From Tubiluchus corallicola (lineage: Eukaryota; Animalia; Priapulida), in the NCBI GenBank assembly GCA_030141605.1, contig JAQGDQ010000259.1:186001-250000 (forward strand): 64,000 bases of DNA. Direction: 5' to 3'. The notes under the pieces were generated by a model that saw nothing but the letters and a program-made list of their open reading frames with translations, was not told the DNA's origin and ran no database searches. Position 1 is the first letter of the stretch. Each line of letters opens with the position of its first letter. Both the position numbers and the translations under genes were made by a program. Shown one piece after another: positions 32,401-45,719 of this stretch.

Positions 32401-35400
32401 TTTACTGAACTGAAATGAAATGCAATTTCTTGAAGCGGTGTAACTATGGTTTCAATGACCCCCCCCCCCCCACAGAGAGAATGAATCCGTTTCCCAGGTA
32501 ACATTAGCAGTAAATTAGTACCTCTTAAACGAGAAAATCCGTCAATAAAATGTGCAATCCTCAACATTTTACACAGTGTATTTAATTGTCGTCGTACGAT
32601 GAGAATATTTTATTATTTTTCAGGCGTCTTTAGAACATGCGCGTTAAATAATTAAAATTGTCCAATTGAACCTGCTGTATACTCAGTTCTTGTCTTTTCA
32701 ACAAAATATTATGTACAATTTCATAAAAACCCCAAATGAACGAAAGACTTAAGCGATAATTTAAACGGCCTATAAGAGTGCAAGTTTACAATTCACACTA
32801 GAAAGGGCATTTTGAACGCAAAACGAGATAAGAGATATGAGATGAGTTAAGATAACACAAGACACTAAAACAGTTGTTATGCTTAGCAGTATTTCCTGGG
32901 AAGTAGTAAATTTCAGCAAACAACATGTGCTTAATACATACTGCCACCAATACTTTTCTGAATCTCGTGCAAATTTACTATGCCAAATTATACAAAAATT
33001 CCAAGTTTGAAACTGTTATATAATTGCTGAATATTCCAGTAAGCCAAGATATGAGTGAACTAGCTAAAATTTTATAGCAAGGAGAACTATCTAGGCATAC
33101 ACTATCTGAACCTTTCTTTGCGCACGCTGACATTAATCGAAGCGTGGGTAGTGCATTCAGTTGCATCTGTGTGTACGTCTATCTGTGCATGTCCATAATA
33201 AAATCGAAGAAGAAAATCTGGCCAAGGAGGAAGGAATCTGAAGAAGGAAATCCATTGATCTTTGGTTTGAAAGGTCAACGGTTAAGGTCACAAAATTAAA
33301 ATTACTATTTGCGTCCAGTTAACCTACACAATTATGAGTATCGTTGTATCTTTTCATTACAGCACAGAGAGGCGTGACTGTTAGTGAAGGTTGAAAAAAA
33401 GGTTTGTGTAAGGCACCATTAGGAAAATGTGAAGTTCATAAAACCTGTAATTCTTTCAGTTGTGAATAAAAATTGTCGCTGTATTGACTGCAATTATTAG
33501 GCCATGTAATTTTCATCTACCTACTTGATCCTGAGTTGTTACTGGAACAAAGAACGATTCTGGAGTCATAAACTATCAGTGATGGGTGCTACCTAGGATG
33601 GAAGTACTAATGTGCTTGGATCCGGCGCGTTCTACTTGCTCATTTCTTGTAAAGTTAATGGACTTCATGAGAAAATCGCGGGAATAGTATTGTAATACAA
33701 TTAGTTTTTTATTCGTAAAAATTTAAAATATTCATTGTTTGAGCAAATTCATTTATACATGAGAATGAAAGAAACTTTAACCATGTAAAATGTATGGGGC
33801 AGATCCCTTTATTTGAGGGCCGTTTTGGAAAAGTGAAAAATCGGGTTCTGTTGTCTGAGCATTTGGGTTTGTGCAATCATGCGTGTGTCTGCATGCAAAG
33901 ATTCAGTCTCCTACTTCGTACCGGATGCCAAAAACATCTCAACACAATCGTGAACTAGGCACGGCACGTAAAATAGAGTACACTGTTTCAGTTTTTGTTG
34001 GGTTTCAGTTCTGGGTTGGGTGGCCAAGTGATTTAAATTTCGGACTCTTACCACGCAGTCTTAAGTTCGAGAGTAGCGGTTATCAACGCCAGGGTAACCA
34101 ACATACACCCTACAAGTTATTCGTTTTTGTGTGTTGCGTCCTTACCCGTATTGTTGTGCAAGTGTAAGTGTTGTAAGTCGCTAAACAGACATTACTGCTA
34201 ATGTTGTCTGTTAAATGAGTGACGGTAAATAAATCTTGTCTTTGTATTTGTTTATTTAGTAGCTTCACTTGACTAGTATGACATTATGTACAGGCTGTAG
34301 GCACCATTGGAGCGCAGTTAATTGTAAATCTCACCGTTTATGTAGGGCACAATATTAATTACAAATTGCTACCATCAAACACATAGCCGCTTTTAAACCA
34401 GCTGAATAGATGTTTCAGTTCCCCTTATTTGTATCTTCTGTCCTTCGGCACGTGTGAGTGATCAAATATGGTCAATTCTGCTAGCCTTATTCAATCGCGC
34501 GCCTCGTATCTAGTCCATTCTGCTAGGAAAAGACAAGTCATTTAGAGTGTTTAGTTTATTTTACTATTATCACTTAAAAAATATAACAAGGAAATTGGCA
34601 AAAAAACTGTCCATAAAGAATAAACTCAATTTATATTATCGTTAAATATGCCCTAAAGGCAGGATTGAACAAACAGGGAGGTTCCATCAAGCTAGTATCA
34701 TTTTAGATGCCTAAAGATATAAATGCTTTGGTTATAAAAATGCTGTTTTTGAGAATGTTCAAAATTTAATCACTTTTAGCTTGAAAATTGCCAAACAATA
34801 TTGCGGCAAAATATTACAAAAGAAATTTATTGTAAAATTATAGAGGAAGAAATTCATACATGCATGTTTAATTAGTCTGTTTTCTCTCAGTTTAATTAGG
34901 TATCGACTATACACAGACAATTTGCACTTCACTGCTTCGTTTATATTACAGTCCTGGTTAATCGTCTAACTCTAAATCGATCAACTGGAGAAATTAATTG
35001 AATCGTAAGCGTAATTTACATCTGCTCTAAATGACGTCTATATCGCGAGTGAGATAAATCAAGTTAACTACGTTTCTGGCTAACGATTGCTCTAACCCTT
35101 TAGCGCACACGGCGGGACCATTTGTAAAGTTTTTACATAAAAATGAATGTCTACATTAAGTATGTCGAAAAGCACGTTTATCTATGATCTGAAAAACACA
35201 AACATTCAAAATACGGGCGGAATTTGCCTACTTATGGACCTAAGCCAAACACACCAATGTGGCCTATACTTATTGTGCATACGGCACATACTCCGGGCCC
35301 TATCCTTATTGTACAGTGGCCCTTGTGGTTCTGAACATACTATATAATGAAATACCCAGCAAACATTTGAAACAAGGTTATAAGCTGACACGCAGCGTGA

Positions 35401-38400
35401 CAAATTAGTTCCAGTGGACCCCCAGATACCCGTGGGCCTAAGCCAATGGTCTATCATGCTTATTCGTAAATCCTACTCAGAATGTCGGTCAAGACATGCT
35501 TCAAACGTGTTGCAGCTGCCTCTAACGCTTAGATACATCTTCCGGCGGCTCGAGTGAGACAAACGTGACTTGAAACGTCTAAACTAGAAACATTACCTAA
35601 CTAATTAACGACAGCTCTTCTTGCAACAGAAAACAAAACTGTCTGAAGCTGCGGGTACTATTTCACTGAAGCTGACAGAATTTTCAACCAAGTCACTGGT
35701 CAAACTGTCGATTAAGCACTCACAATTATTCAAAAAACTCTTGAAAGCGAATTGTCGAAGTCAAGCTCTAATCCGGTAAGCATTATTTCCCCACTTCTCT
35801 ATATACGTATACAAATTTCAGCATAGCATTTACGTTTATGTGAAATTTTTGCTGACATTGTTATAAATAAGAACCTTTAGATAATTGCTTTTTTATACTA
35901 TTTTATTTATTATCTCTCACCTGTAAACTAAAATGGTTTTGGTAACAGTAAAGCTGATATATGAAAATCTCACGCAGGTAAGATAAAAAACAACTTACAA
36001 GATTCTACAAGAAACGGTGTATCACGAAATGCAATTGATAAAATAAGGAAAGGTGTTAGTCGGATTATTTACTTGAAAATCTATCAGTGTTGATAGTATT
36101 TTTTTAAATTATTTTCAGACAAATTATAGACACTTTATTAAGCACTAGCGACTCAAGAAAGAAGGTTAGTGTAAGGCTTATCCCCTCTTACTGTAGAAAA
36201 GTTCCAGAGTTGCATTTAAATTTGCAGGTGCTGGAGCCTTAAGTCTTAAACTTCGTGATACCTAAATCCAGACGCGTCTGCATCCTTCATACTTTGATAA
36301 GAGAAGTTCTTATATAGGCATCAGTGGAAACACTTCAGACGCAAGAGTGTCTATACAAAATTCTTTTCTCACTTATTAAATATTAACGTATTTTTAAAAG
36401 TTGGTCTATGCTATGTTGACGGTTCATTGAAGCCAAAACGGAAGCTTAATGAGGCGCAACACTTAACTCAACGTAACCCACGTAAGCAAATGTTATAAAA
36501 TCCGTTCAATGTATGAAGCTAATTCAGAAAGCTATTAGTTCAATTTGAGAGATGAAATCACTGACTAAAATCCATTTCATTGAGGCATAAAAATGAATTT
36601 CATTTCATGAAGCCATGTTGTCTTCTAGCAAAAACATCTTCGTGTCGTCCCCAGTTATCGATAAGGTTGACCAGTCTGCCAACTCAAAACTCTCAACTGA
36701 CATACAATAATTACATTCTCAATATGTCACGTGCTAAATGAATTTGTCAGTCGTCACCTGCTTCCCCATCGAGTGTATAATATAGATATAATGAGAGCTG
36801 GCAGTTCTAAAAACTGAGGGATGTTATTATCTCATCCGCTATATAGGCCTATTGTACACGCCTACACAGCGTACACTAACGCATAGCAGATAATATCTAC
36901 ATTCACTTACAATAATCTATAATAACACCTAATGTGCTGGATTACATGCCTAAAAATTCAGGTCACTAGGCCTGCACATACAATTAATTAAAAAATCAAT
37001 CATGGATCCACTCACACCTTACAGGAGATAATAAAACATTGTGACGGAATAAGTGCAAGCCTCCATGCAGGTGATATGTAGTAGTAATGCATTATATGGT
37101 TGCAATTATTGCACTTTTGTACAACGGCACCAGGAATGAAATGCATTCACAGGTCTAGAATTATACAGGGTGTTCGAAAAGAAACAATGTACTGACAAAT
37201 TTTACAAGCATACGAACATTACACCACACAAAGTCCAGTAAATGTAGTCAAATCAAGCTATATGGTAGAAAATTTGGAATATTTTTACGTCATTGTGATG
37301 TCGCGATACAGAAGTCGACGTTCGTTTTTGTTATATTGCTACTACATCTTTTTTTCAACATCCTGTACTTATTACCATAGCAACTGTAGTCCTTTTTCGC
37401 AGTCGTTTCTGTATACTGCTTATACAATGCATAGACTACGTACGCAAAACCCATCATCTCATGAGAAAGAACTAAAACAAGACTGAAATCAATTCGGATC
37501 CAAAGATCAAGAAAACCAGTCTGAGAGTAAGTATATGACAGTGTTTATGAATAAACTGTAAACGCTCATATGTGACTGAGCTATTCGCCCTAACTTTCAC
37601 ACTTTGGCTCCTATCTCGGGCCCTTACAAAATCCCCGCTTTTTAACAATACCATTGTCGAAGACCCTATCCCACAAGTGGGTTCTGCAAGTTTCATGACT
37701 CTAGGCCTATGTACTATAGTTTAAAACGTTATTCAAAGTTATGACTCAATGTCTAAAACACGATGTAATGATGAAAACAAATATCAGTGTATGGGTTGAA
37801 TCCGCGGTAACAATTTGTAAAAATTGTGGCAAATGTAGAACAAATTGGAATCTTTGCTCCATGTAGAGTAACAAAAGTATTTTTTGAACTGTTGAATTTA
37901 TGACCTTACTGTATGGCCTCTTATGCAAGCTACAGTTTTTGCAGCTCTTACATACACAGCACGTTAGAAAGCATACAAATTATTCGCTTTCAGCTCTGTT
38001 CACACTTCACAGTTGCTATAGCACTACAGCTAGGGTGACATAGACAGGCTTATAAGAATAGACCCTTGTTGATAGTTTCATTAAACGGGTGGCTACAGAT
38101 CAAATATTAACTCACAGTGTTTGCACGCTGTCACTTGCTCTATAGCTTAGAGAGTTGCTAAATATTTAGATCATCAGCCTCTTGGCACGAAATCACGCGA
38201 AGCCATTATATGGACACTATCTGGCTTCACAGTAGCTAAAGCCTGGCTTTCACTAGCACATGAAAAAACATTATATACAGGCTACGTGCCTTCACAAAAG
38301 TTAAGGCTTAACTTTCACTAGCACATGAAAAAGCATTATATTGCCGCTACGTGTCTTCGCAATAGCTAAAGCCTGGCTTTCACTGGCATACGAAAAAGCA

Positions 38401-39767
38401 TTATATGCACACTATGTGCCTTCACAATACCTGGCTTTCACTAGTAGGCGCAAAAATGATAAGAAGGTGTGAATGTGGGTGATTGCAGCAAGTGCAACCA
38501 ATACAGCCGTTCAGCGGTGTGACCTACGCAACACAACGGTGAGTCAGAGACAGTGACAGGAGAAACGTTTTCGACTAAGAAGTTTGGACGTGTCAACACG
38601 ACACAAACTCAAATATTCGGACACAGTTACCTCCCTGGATGTAATATACATGACACGGACGTAATTTAAATGAAAATAAGAAGCTAATCTCGACTGGACG
38701 TTAAATTGTTTCCCCCATTCATAAGATGCAATTTCAACTTTAGAAGATACACTACACGTTAGCCTTTTAAAAGCAAAACCATGCTGCCGCAATTTTATTC
38801 AAAATTTCAACAATTAGACACGCAGACTAGAACTTTATAAACAGTAACCCTACCATCACTACACTGTTGCAAAATAACGACTACAGTAAAAAAAGTGATT
38901 TAAGCAGATTAACATTTATAATCAGCTTAACGACATAAAGTTATTAATGTACAATTTATGGGTAAATTTGCATTTAAGGGACAATAAAATTAATTGGCAA
39001 TTTTTCAAGGTGACATCTTGCGAGTTACCGATACAAGTCAAAACGGCTCACCATAAGATAAATTTTGCTCTAGCATAAATTAAAGTAAACTTTAAAATGA
39101 AAAGAATGGTTTTTAATCGAGTACACAGACGATTTTGATCACCCATGTCTCTAGACTGATACAAACATATATGTACATCTTTACCCCTGAAAACTGCATA
39201 CGTCCTTGTTTGCTGTATCTAGTACATGTTTACACCAGAAACATATACAAGATTTCTGGTAGGTTATGTCTTGTACATGTTTACAACTGAAACCCGAACG
39301 CTTTCTGGTGGTCTGTATTTTGTTCAATCTGGAGGTTATCAAAAAAACTAGTCAAAGATGCTAGTCAAAACTATAAATTATGGCAGTAACGATGATATTA
39401 AATGACAAACTATAGGACTGACTGAAGTAATAAGCTCATGAATTTAGAGCTTTGCCAATGACAAGATGAAGACAAATATTTAACTCACATAATTCGCTGA
39501 AACATCTCACAACTTGCCTAAAAGGGCGTAGAATGCACGGGAAAGCCATAAAATTCTTTTATCCAATCAAACGTGATATTAAAATTTATTACTTACTATT
39601 CTTTTTTCTCTGAAGTCTATTCCCACAGTAGATATAAATTTCTCATGAAAGACGCCATCCGTATACTGGTAAAGAAAGCTGGTTTTCCCAACACCAGAAT
39701 CTCCTAGTGCCAAGAATTTGATGAGAAAGTCATAATCAGTGGAATGGGTATCCTTGGAATCACTCAT
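26426..39767 (-). CDS. RAB27: Ras-related GTPase Rab27, 226 aa, 4 coding exons
   Basis: Exons (minus): 39767-39597, 29976-29891, 27520-27293, 26621-26426, total 681 nt in frame. [28 protein letters not shown]...[75 protein letters not shown], and C-terminal CSC prenylation motif. Confidence 0.97.
28703..29120. repeat. Minisatellite, ~105-bp unit, ~4 copies (RAB27 intron)
   Basis: CATCCAG recurs at 28812, 28917 and 29021. Each unit has ACACACTGTGACCACTTAGTTGT...CCAGGACCACACACATTGTTTG or close variants. Confidence 0.9.
30235..30710. mobile_element. Non-autonomous element resembling Helentron-associated (HINE/DINE-like) repeats
   Basis: Internal repeated blocks (AATGAAG.T.TAATCACCAAAT; GGGAGTCTAAG.AAA.CAAACC; GGTCAA..GTCAAGGTCA), a short (TGTC)n microsatellite and a terminal palindrome AGTCTGCAGACT. 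A similar-looking piece lies at ~33120-33370. Family assignment is inference. Confidence 0.45.
31258..31379. mobile_element. Small inverted-repeat element with internal CCTAAC-like repeats
   Basis: TTTACAATTCCCTACAC...GTGTGGGGAACTGTAAA inverted ends enclose CCTAACC/CCTTAAC/CCTAATC repeats. Confidence 0.55.
31421..31856. mobile_element. MITE with ~19-bp terminal inverted repeats
   Basis: CAGCCTGCGATCTTGAGGG ... CCCTCAAGATTGCAGGCTG (1 mismatch). Confidence 0.75.
38202..38445. repeat. Minisatellite, ~65-bp unit, ~4 copies
   Basis: CATTATA recurs at ~38204, 38268, 38334 and 38399, with CTTTCACTAGCACATGAAAAA or variants in each unit. Confidence 0.85.
39171..39325. repeat. Degenerate ~51-bp tandem repeat, ~3 copies
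   Basis: GTACAT(C/G)TTTAC....GAAA recurs at ~39173, 39222 and 39273. Confidence 0.6.
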
Positions 39768-39948
39768 AATAAACCTAGCAACAGCAGCAATGTACCTGAA
39801 AAAATAAGTAAACTTTTCACATTTCACAAGTCAAAAAAATTAAACTCGGGTAAACATTAATAAAAACGAGGAAGAAATGTCCGAACTGCGTTCCTTGTTT
39901 ATTTTTACCAAGCAGAATAATTAAACTCAACATCTCTAATGAAAGCAT

Positions 39949-40284
39949 GGCCTTGAGCATGGAATCATGGTCTAGTCTAGGATATTGCATTAAGGCCTGT
40001 AAGACATACGAGCACTTAACAAACAATGCTGCCTTGAGCATGGGAATCATGGTCTAGTCTAGGATATTGCTTCAAGGACTGTAAGACATACGAGCACTTA
40101 ACAAACAATGCTGCCTTGAGCATGGGAAGAATGGTCTAGTCTAGGATATTACTTCAAGGACTGTAAGACATACGAGTACTTAACAAACAATGTTGTCTTC
40201 AGCATAGAATCATGATCCGGTTTTGGACATCTGCTTCAAGGACAGCAAGACTTACAAGAACTTAACAAGCAATGTTGCCTTGAG
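39949..40284. repeat. Minisatellite, 82-bp unit, 4 copies, upstream of the RAB27 first coding exon
   Basis: Unit GCCTTGAGCATGGGAATCATGGTCTAGTCTAGGATATTGCTTCAAGGACTGTAAGACATACGAGCACTTAACAAACAATGCT, with unit starts near 39950, 40031, 40113, 40195 and 40277. Confidence 0.93.
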
Positions 40285-42999
40285 TATTTATTTTACATGT
40301 GTACTAAATTAGTTCTGTTTATTTTCTCTCGGTAGTAATTATTTTCTTTATAAATAATTATAAATTATCGTGCAATTCAGTCAATATTTTAACCGAACTG
40401 CTCAGTACGCACAGCTGATGTGCTGATGCATCGTATTCCCCCTACTTCCGTCTAGCTTATATAAGCGTTGTGCTTGATGGTCAAATAAGTTCCAGTGCCG
40501 CCAACGACCAACCAACATTCATAACTGCTATTTCATACAAATTATATGATACGACATTGTTCTTACGATATGTGTCCGCAGAATCAAGATGAAATTTTCA
40601 CGGTTGTCAACCTATTAACGCCTCACAGTCTTCAACATTGAAACTGTACTGCATTCACTATATTAATTCCATACAGGTACACTTTGACGTATGATGCGCA
40701 ATTCATTTCTGTCATTACCCATTTTATCAAGCAAATCCCAAGACGAAAGAAAATTACATTACGAAATCTATTCCCAAACAACTCAGTAATGTCAATTCAA
40801 AATGCCTGCTTTCAAGTTTCAACTTAATTCCTAAGAGAACCCATAAAACGTAAGTAAATAGAAAAAGCAAGTGCAACCATGCATGCACAATCAATATAAG
40901 CTTACCTAAAGCAGAGGCAAAACAGTTTATTTACAAAACAAAATTGCCATACTCTGAGGAACAAGACTAAATGAATTCAGATCCAAACCTGAGCATAACT
41001 GCGTTTGTCACTGGACTATGCTAAGTCCAGTGCAGTTTCCTTATGTGCGACTGAGTTTGTATTAGTTTTCACATTTTGGAATCTACCTCGGGCCTTTAAA
41101 CAACGGCAGGTTTTTTATCCATACCAGACTCGATGCCAGTCATAAATGATAATTAACTGAAATAAGTGTGATGGTTTTCTTAGAATTCGCTGCTCGTACA
41201 TCAAAAAGAAAGAATGTGTTGACTAAGTTTATAGCCATGAATATCCTGGAAAATTAATTTAGCATGCAGATATTTCACCTATACATGAGCACGGATAAAC
41301 GCTGAGCACGTATAATAACGATATTACTTTGGTTAATGAGTTGACCATTGATGCGGGTAATGAGAGAGCTTTGTCGGCTTCAGTCACGCAAAAATACCAG
41401 CATGTCAGAGAGAGAGCTAGTTCCTGGACGAACAAACCCAATAATTGAACGAACAAAGGCGGAAAACTAATGATACCTCAAAGTTCCCGGAAAAAACTAA
41501 TAGGAGAGACAAGCGATTGATCTTTGTAGAAGAAGCCTTTCCATGTTTAACCTTCAAAAAACGAAAAATGGTTCTTCGGAGAAAACGTAGGCTGAAATTC
41601 AATTTATTTCACATGCGTTAATCTATCTGGCTGTACATTATATACAGCTAGCAAATCTAAGTAGTTAATATAGACCTGTACAAAAACTAATGGATCCATA
41701 CTTTCTGTGTACGTATAATGATTTGGAGTTGGCTAAATGTGGCTAGAGAATTTATCTAGGATTTATTTCTAACCAGGAGGGAAATAAGTGATCCAAGTGA
41801 CTTCAAAGAACAAAAATAACAATAGAGTTTTTCGTTTTTACGGCTTGCTTGTGAAAATGTATTATAATGTATTCTCCTAATACGCGGTTGTTAAAATACG
41901 CAGACTGTCAGACAAACGCTTAAAGCCTGCTAGCCTTCAACATTAACATTAACATTACACTGTAAAACGTGTAAGTACTACACTACCTTTTCCTTTGCCT
42001 TAAAACGCGCAAGGGTAAGGCAGGAGTTTTGTAAACAATACATTGGCGTAAAACTGTGAATATTCGGTTAAACCTTACGATTAAATGCGTCCAGACAGGT
42101 TTACTTACGCAGAAAATATTGAAATCGATAGTATTAATATCAAACGTTCTAGCAGCTGTAAGACGGGAAGTCATGAACGCAAATAGCTGGCAACGGAAAT
42201 GACATTGTCATGAGAAAGAATTAGCAGCTCTCCTAAACTAGGATTACACTACAAGACTGAAAAGCGGCTTAGTGGCGAGCTTTACGCAACTAATCTGGGA
42301 AGCCGTCGAGCACTAACAATCACAAACGTTTTGCTAAAATTCCCGCTTTTTGAGTCGAGCAGCACGGGCTCCCTTCTGAGATAAACATATCCTTGATATA
42401 AATCCATTTACAAGCAAAAAGTAGTGCTTAATTACCAATGACAGAAACCAGAACATAAATGTATATATAGCAACACTAACTCAACAAGAGGCAACTGAAC
42501 ACAAGAGAGTACGTGAATCAACGTGCAAGTTTTTTCGTTGCGAATGGTCTGAGTGAACGTGTTGTAAATGATGAGATTGTCTATAATGAGTTTGCCGTTA
42601 TTTTCAACGTTTAACAGAACTGGCTACACTTTAAAAGATGTCATTATAATCTTGTAATTATGAAATTAAATTAGTTTTCAAAAACTGATTAATTTTAAAA
42701 GTTTCAAGTTCTTTAAAGCACCAGCTACTCTCTATGAGAATTCACTATAATGAAATTTCTATTTCATAATATATAATATAATATATAATGTCTATGACAT
42801 TTATATTCATCTTCCAAAAATTATCAAATAAGCTTATTTCTGCACATAAAAATGCCATATAAAAGTTCAAATTTACGCGCTATGAGACATGGATATAGCG
42901 CGTAAATATATTTGGCACAATGATAATATTTTTGGCATCTATAATGAAAGTTATAATCAGGCTCAAGCGAGAAGGCCCATTTGACAACGCACATGCGCT

Positions 43000-43292
43000 A
43001 GTGGTCCTTTGAACAGTGGTTCCCTGTCCATTTCCCCGACAGGTAGTCCATTAACCACTTTTACAATGTGGAAGATAGTTCTTTGTTTGGAGATACTTTG
43101 TCTATAGTGGGCTTTTCACCGGTGGTCCTGTGACTAGCAATCCTTTGATCGGTCTTTTAATCACTTTTAAATGTCAAAGGTCATTCACTGACTGGTGGTC
43201 CTTTGCCCGTAGCTGGCCTTTGACCCGTGGTCCTTTGACTGATGGTTCTTTGACTAGTGATCATTTACATGGTGGCCCTTTGACCGCCCGGT
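43000..43292. repeat. Degenerate ~15-bp GGTGGTCCTTTGACY array
   Basis: GTGGTCCTTTGA variants at ~43001, 43122, 43195, 43227, 43243 and 43271. Confidence 0.7.
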
Positions 43293-45719
43293 GTTTACCT
43301 AGAGTTCCTGGGTTTCAGCAAAGTGTACATTGTGTACACCAGTACAATAAAATTTTTAAAAAGAATCTATCATAGATTGCTTGAAGGAACCATTCCTGCG
43401 AAACGCTGCGCATTCACAGCTGTGTATAACCTTTTGATTGGATTCACAACGACAACGACGACATTTGGGCACTATTCTTTGGCTGGCTTCAAAAATAAAT
43501 TTATCATTAATGATGACTTTTCTGCCTTTTCTCGAGCTGCGCTCACCTGGTGTCGGTCTCTAGACTTTGAGAAGTCTAAATCGGTGTTCTGTCAAAATTT
43601 CGAAAAAACTGGGTAATTGGAGCCTTGAAAACGCAGGAAGCCACAGCGCTGAGGAAAATCCAAATAATTTTACCATATATACCGTTGAACCGCTATCCAA
43701 CTATTACAGTAATGGCACAACTCTGTGCATAGTTTCCTTCTTTTAAAATGAGTATCACCTGCGCATAAACGGTCATTTAAGGTTTTTTGCTCCACGCTCC
43801 TCTCTGTGTGTGTATGCGTGCGTACGTGTGATTTTATTATTATTATATAATGCATCAACTACTTGGACTGGTGCATTTGGTTTTCGGAAATTTTCAGGAT
43901 CTGCGCGGTAGCTACAAAATGATAATGAGACAAGAAAAGCAGATTAAACCGAAAGGTTTATATCGTTTTATGTCTGATATTATTCTTTACAGTCTTGCGA
44001 AGTCGGTCGCATGTGGCGTCGGTACAGTTACGACGAAAATTAATTGAGTAGTTATAAAAACCACAAATGTTTTGTAAATAATAAATAAATATACATACTG
44101 ACAAATAGACATACACACTGTACAGAAGTAAGTATACATATCACCGCTTCCTATCCTGTGCTCAAGTAGGATTGGTTAGTTTAGTTACTGTACCAATGGG
44201 ACATGTGTGAAAGATTTATAGTGACAATCTGCCAGACAGAAAATGTATTATGAACAGCGACAGAGTATAATGGATTGGAATACCGATAATTATAGCGTTA
44301 CGTAATTGCTGTTAATACTAACCACTACACCATTATAACAAGTACAATCGCAACAACAGTAAAAGCAAATATAACCGCGATTTGGAATTTCGTTTTTTTA
44401 GAAATTGTATTAAAATTAGAAAAACCGCACGTCTCTGTATACTGTCAACATATGACAACGACGTTTACTTCACCATAAGTTTAAGGCTTAGTCAAGACGA
44501 ATTTCTTGCATAATTTCTGTATAGTGACGTCACACTCACCTCTTCACAGTTCCTTGATCTTATGTTGCTGCGTTACTCAGATACATTATTAATCAACTTT
44601 CTAAGAACCAGAATAGTTAATCAGGGTTTCCACTTCAACGATTAAATTTTAATGAATCACCTCAGCTTAACACGAGGCGCATATCACAATTTCAAGTCCC
44701 TAGAAACGGGTAACAAGCTAAAATATCATGTTGCACACATGAATTCACAAACCGGAAACTTCGGCACCGGAAATTGCTATAGACACTGCTGATTATTCAC
44801 ACAGTTAGGCATGCAAGTAGAAACTATACACATACAAAATAATCATTTCTTAAATATTCTCCATTTTTCGTTTATATTAAATGCAAAAATAGCATATATG
44901 CAAAGTTATTAACAGTCAACTGCTAGTCTAGGGAACGAATACTTCGTGATGTCAACTGGAAGAAGCCAGTTAAATCACTGAACAAGCCGTTAAGTAGTAA
45001 GATCGGGTATAGAGAATGTGAAGGACTGCGCATGCGTAATCTCATGCTCACAACTTCAATTTGCAATGTTGTAATAATTTACAAAATTGAAAATAACATC
45101 TTCGTCTGCAAAAGCTTAGTGGTTACAAAATATTTCGGTAGCTTTAAAGGATTCACCATACAAGTAAAAACTGTGATTCAATTTTATTACATGCATGATA
45201 AGTTTACAATCTAGCTGAACATGTTTGATTGAGGCTTACAAACTTAAAATGTGTACATGCCTAATATCAGTAACACTGTTGACCTGTGCATGAATTAATT
45301 AATTAATTATTCCATGTTAATAAATTATTTTTATTATCTATGGTCTGTGAAGGCCTAATACAATGTTTACAGACTTCAAAAATATTTATTTTTACTATTT
45401 TATATTAAAATTTGGGCACAATTAATAACTAGTTATAAATATTACTGTAATAAATCGTCTTTCATTAAATAAAATAAAATAAAAGAAGTCTACATATAGT
45501 CTAGACCCAGAAATCTTTTCTAGGCTTCTCACGAAATAAACACATTGATTGCAAACATAACATTAATGTGACAATACACAAATGACAAACTGACATATTA
45601 AAAAGGACAATATTAGGAAAAATGTGGTCTAGAAAAATCAATTAATTCTAAGATATCATAAAATACATAATTCTATGACCTGAACCAGAATAAATATAGA
45701 TCAATTTCAAATATCTGTG

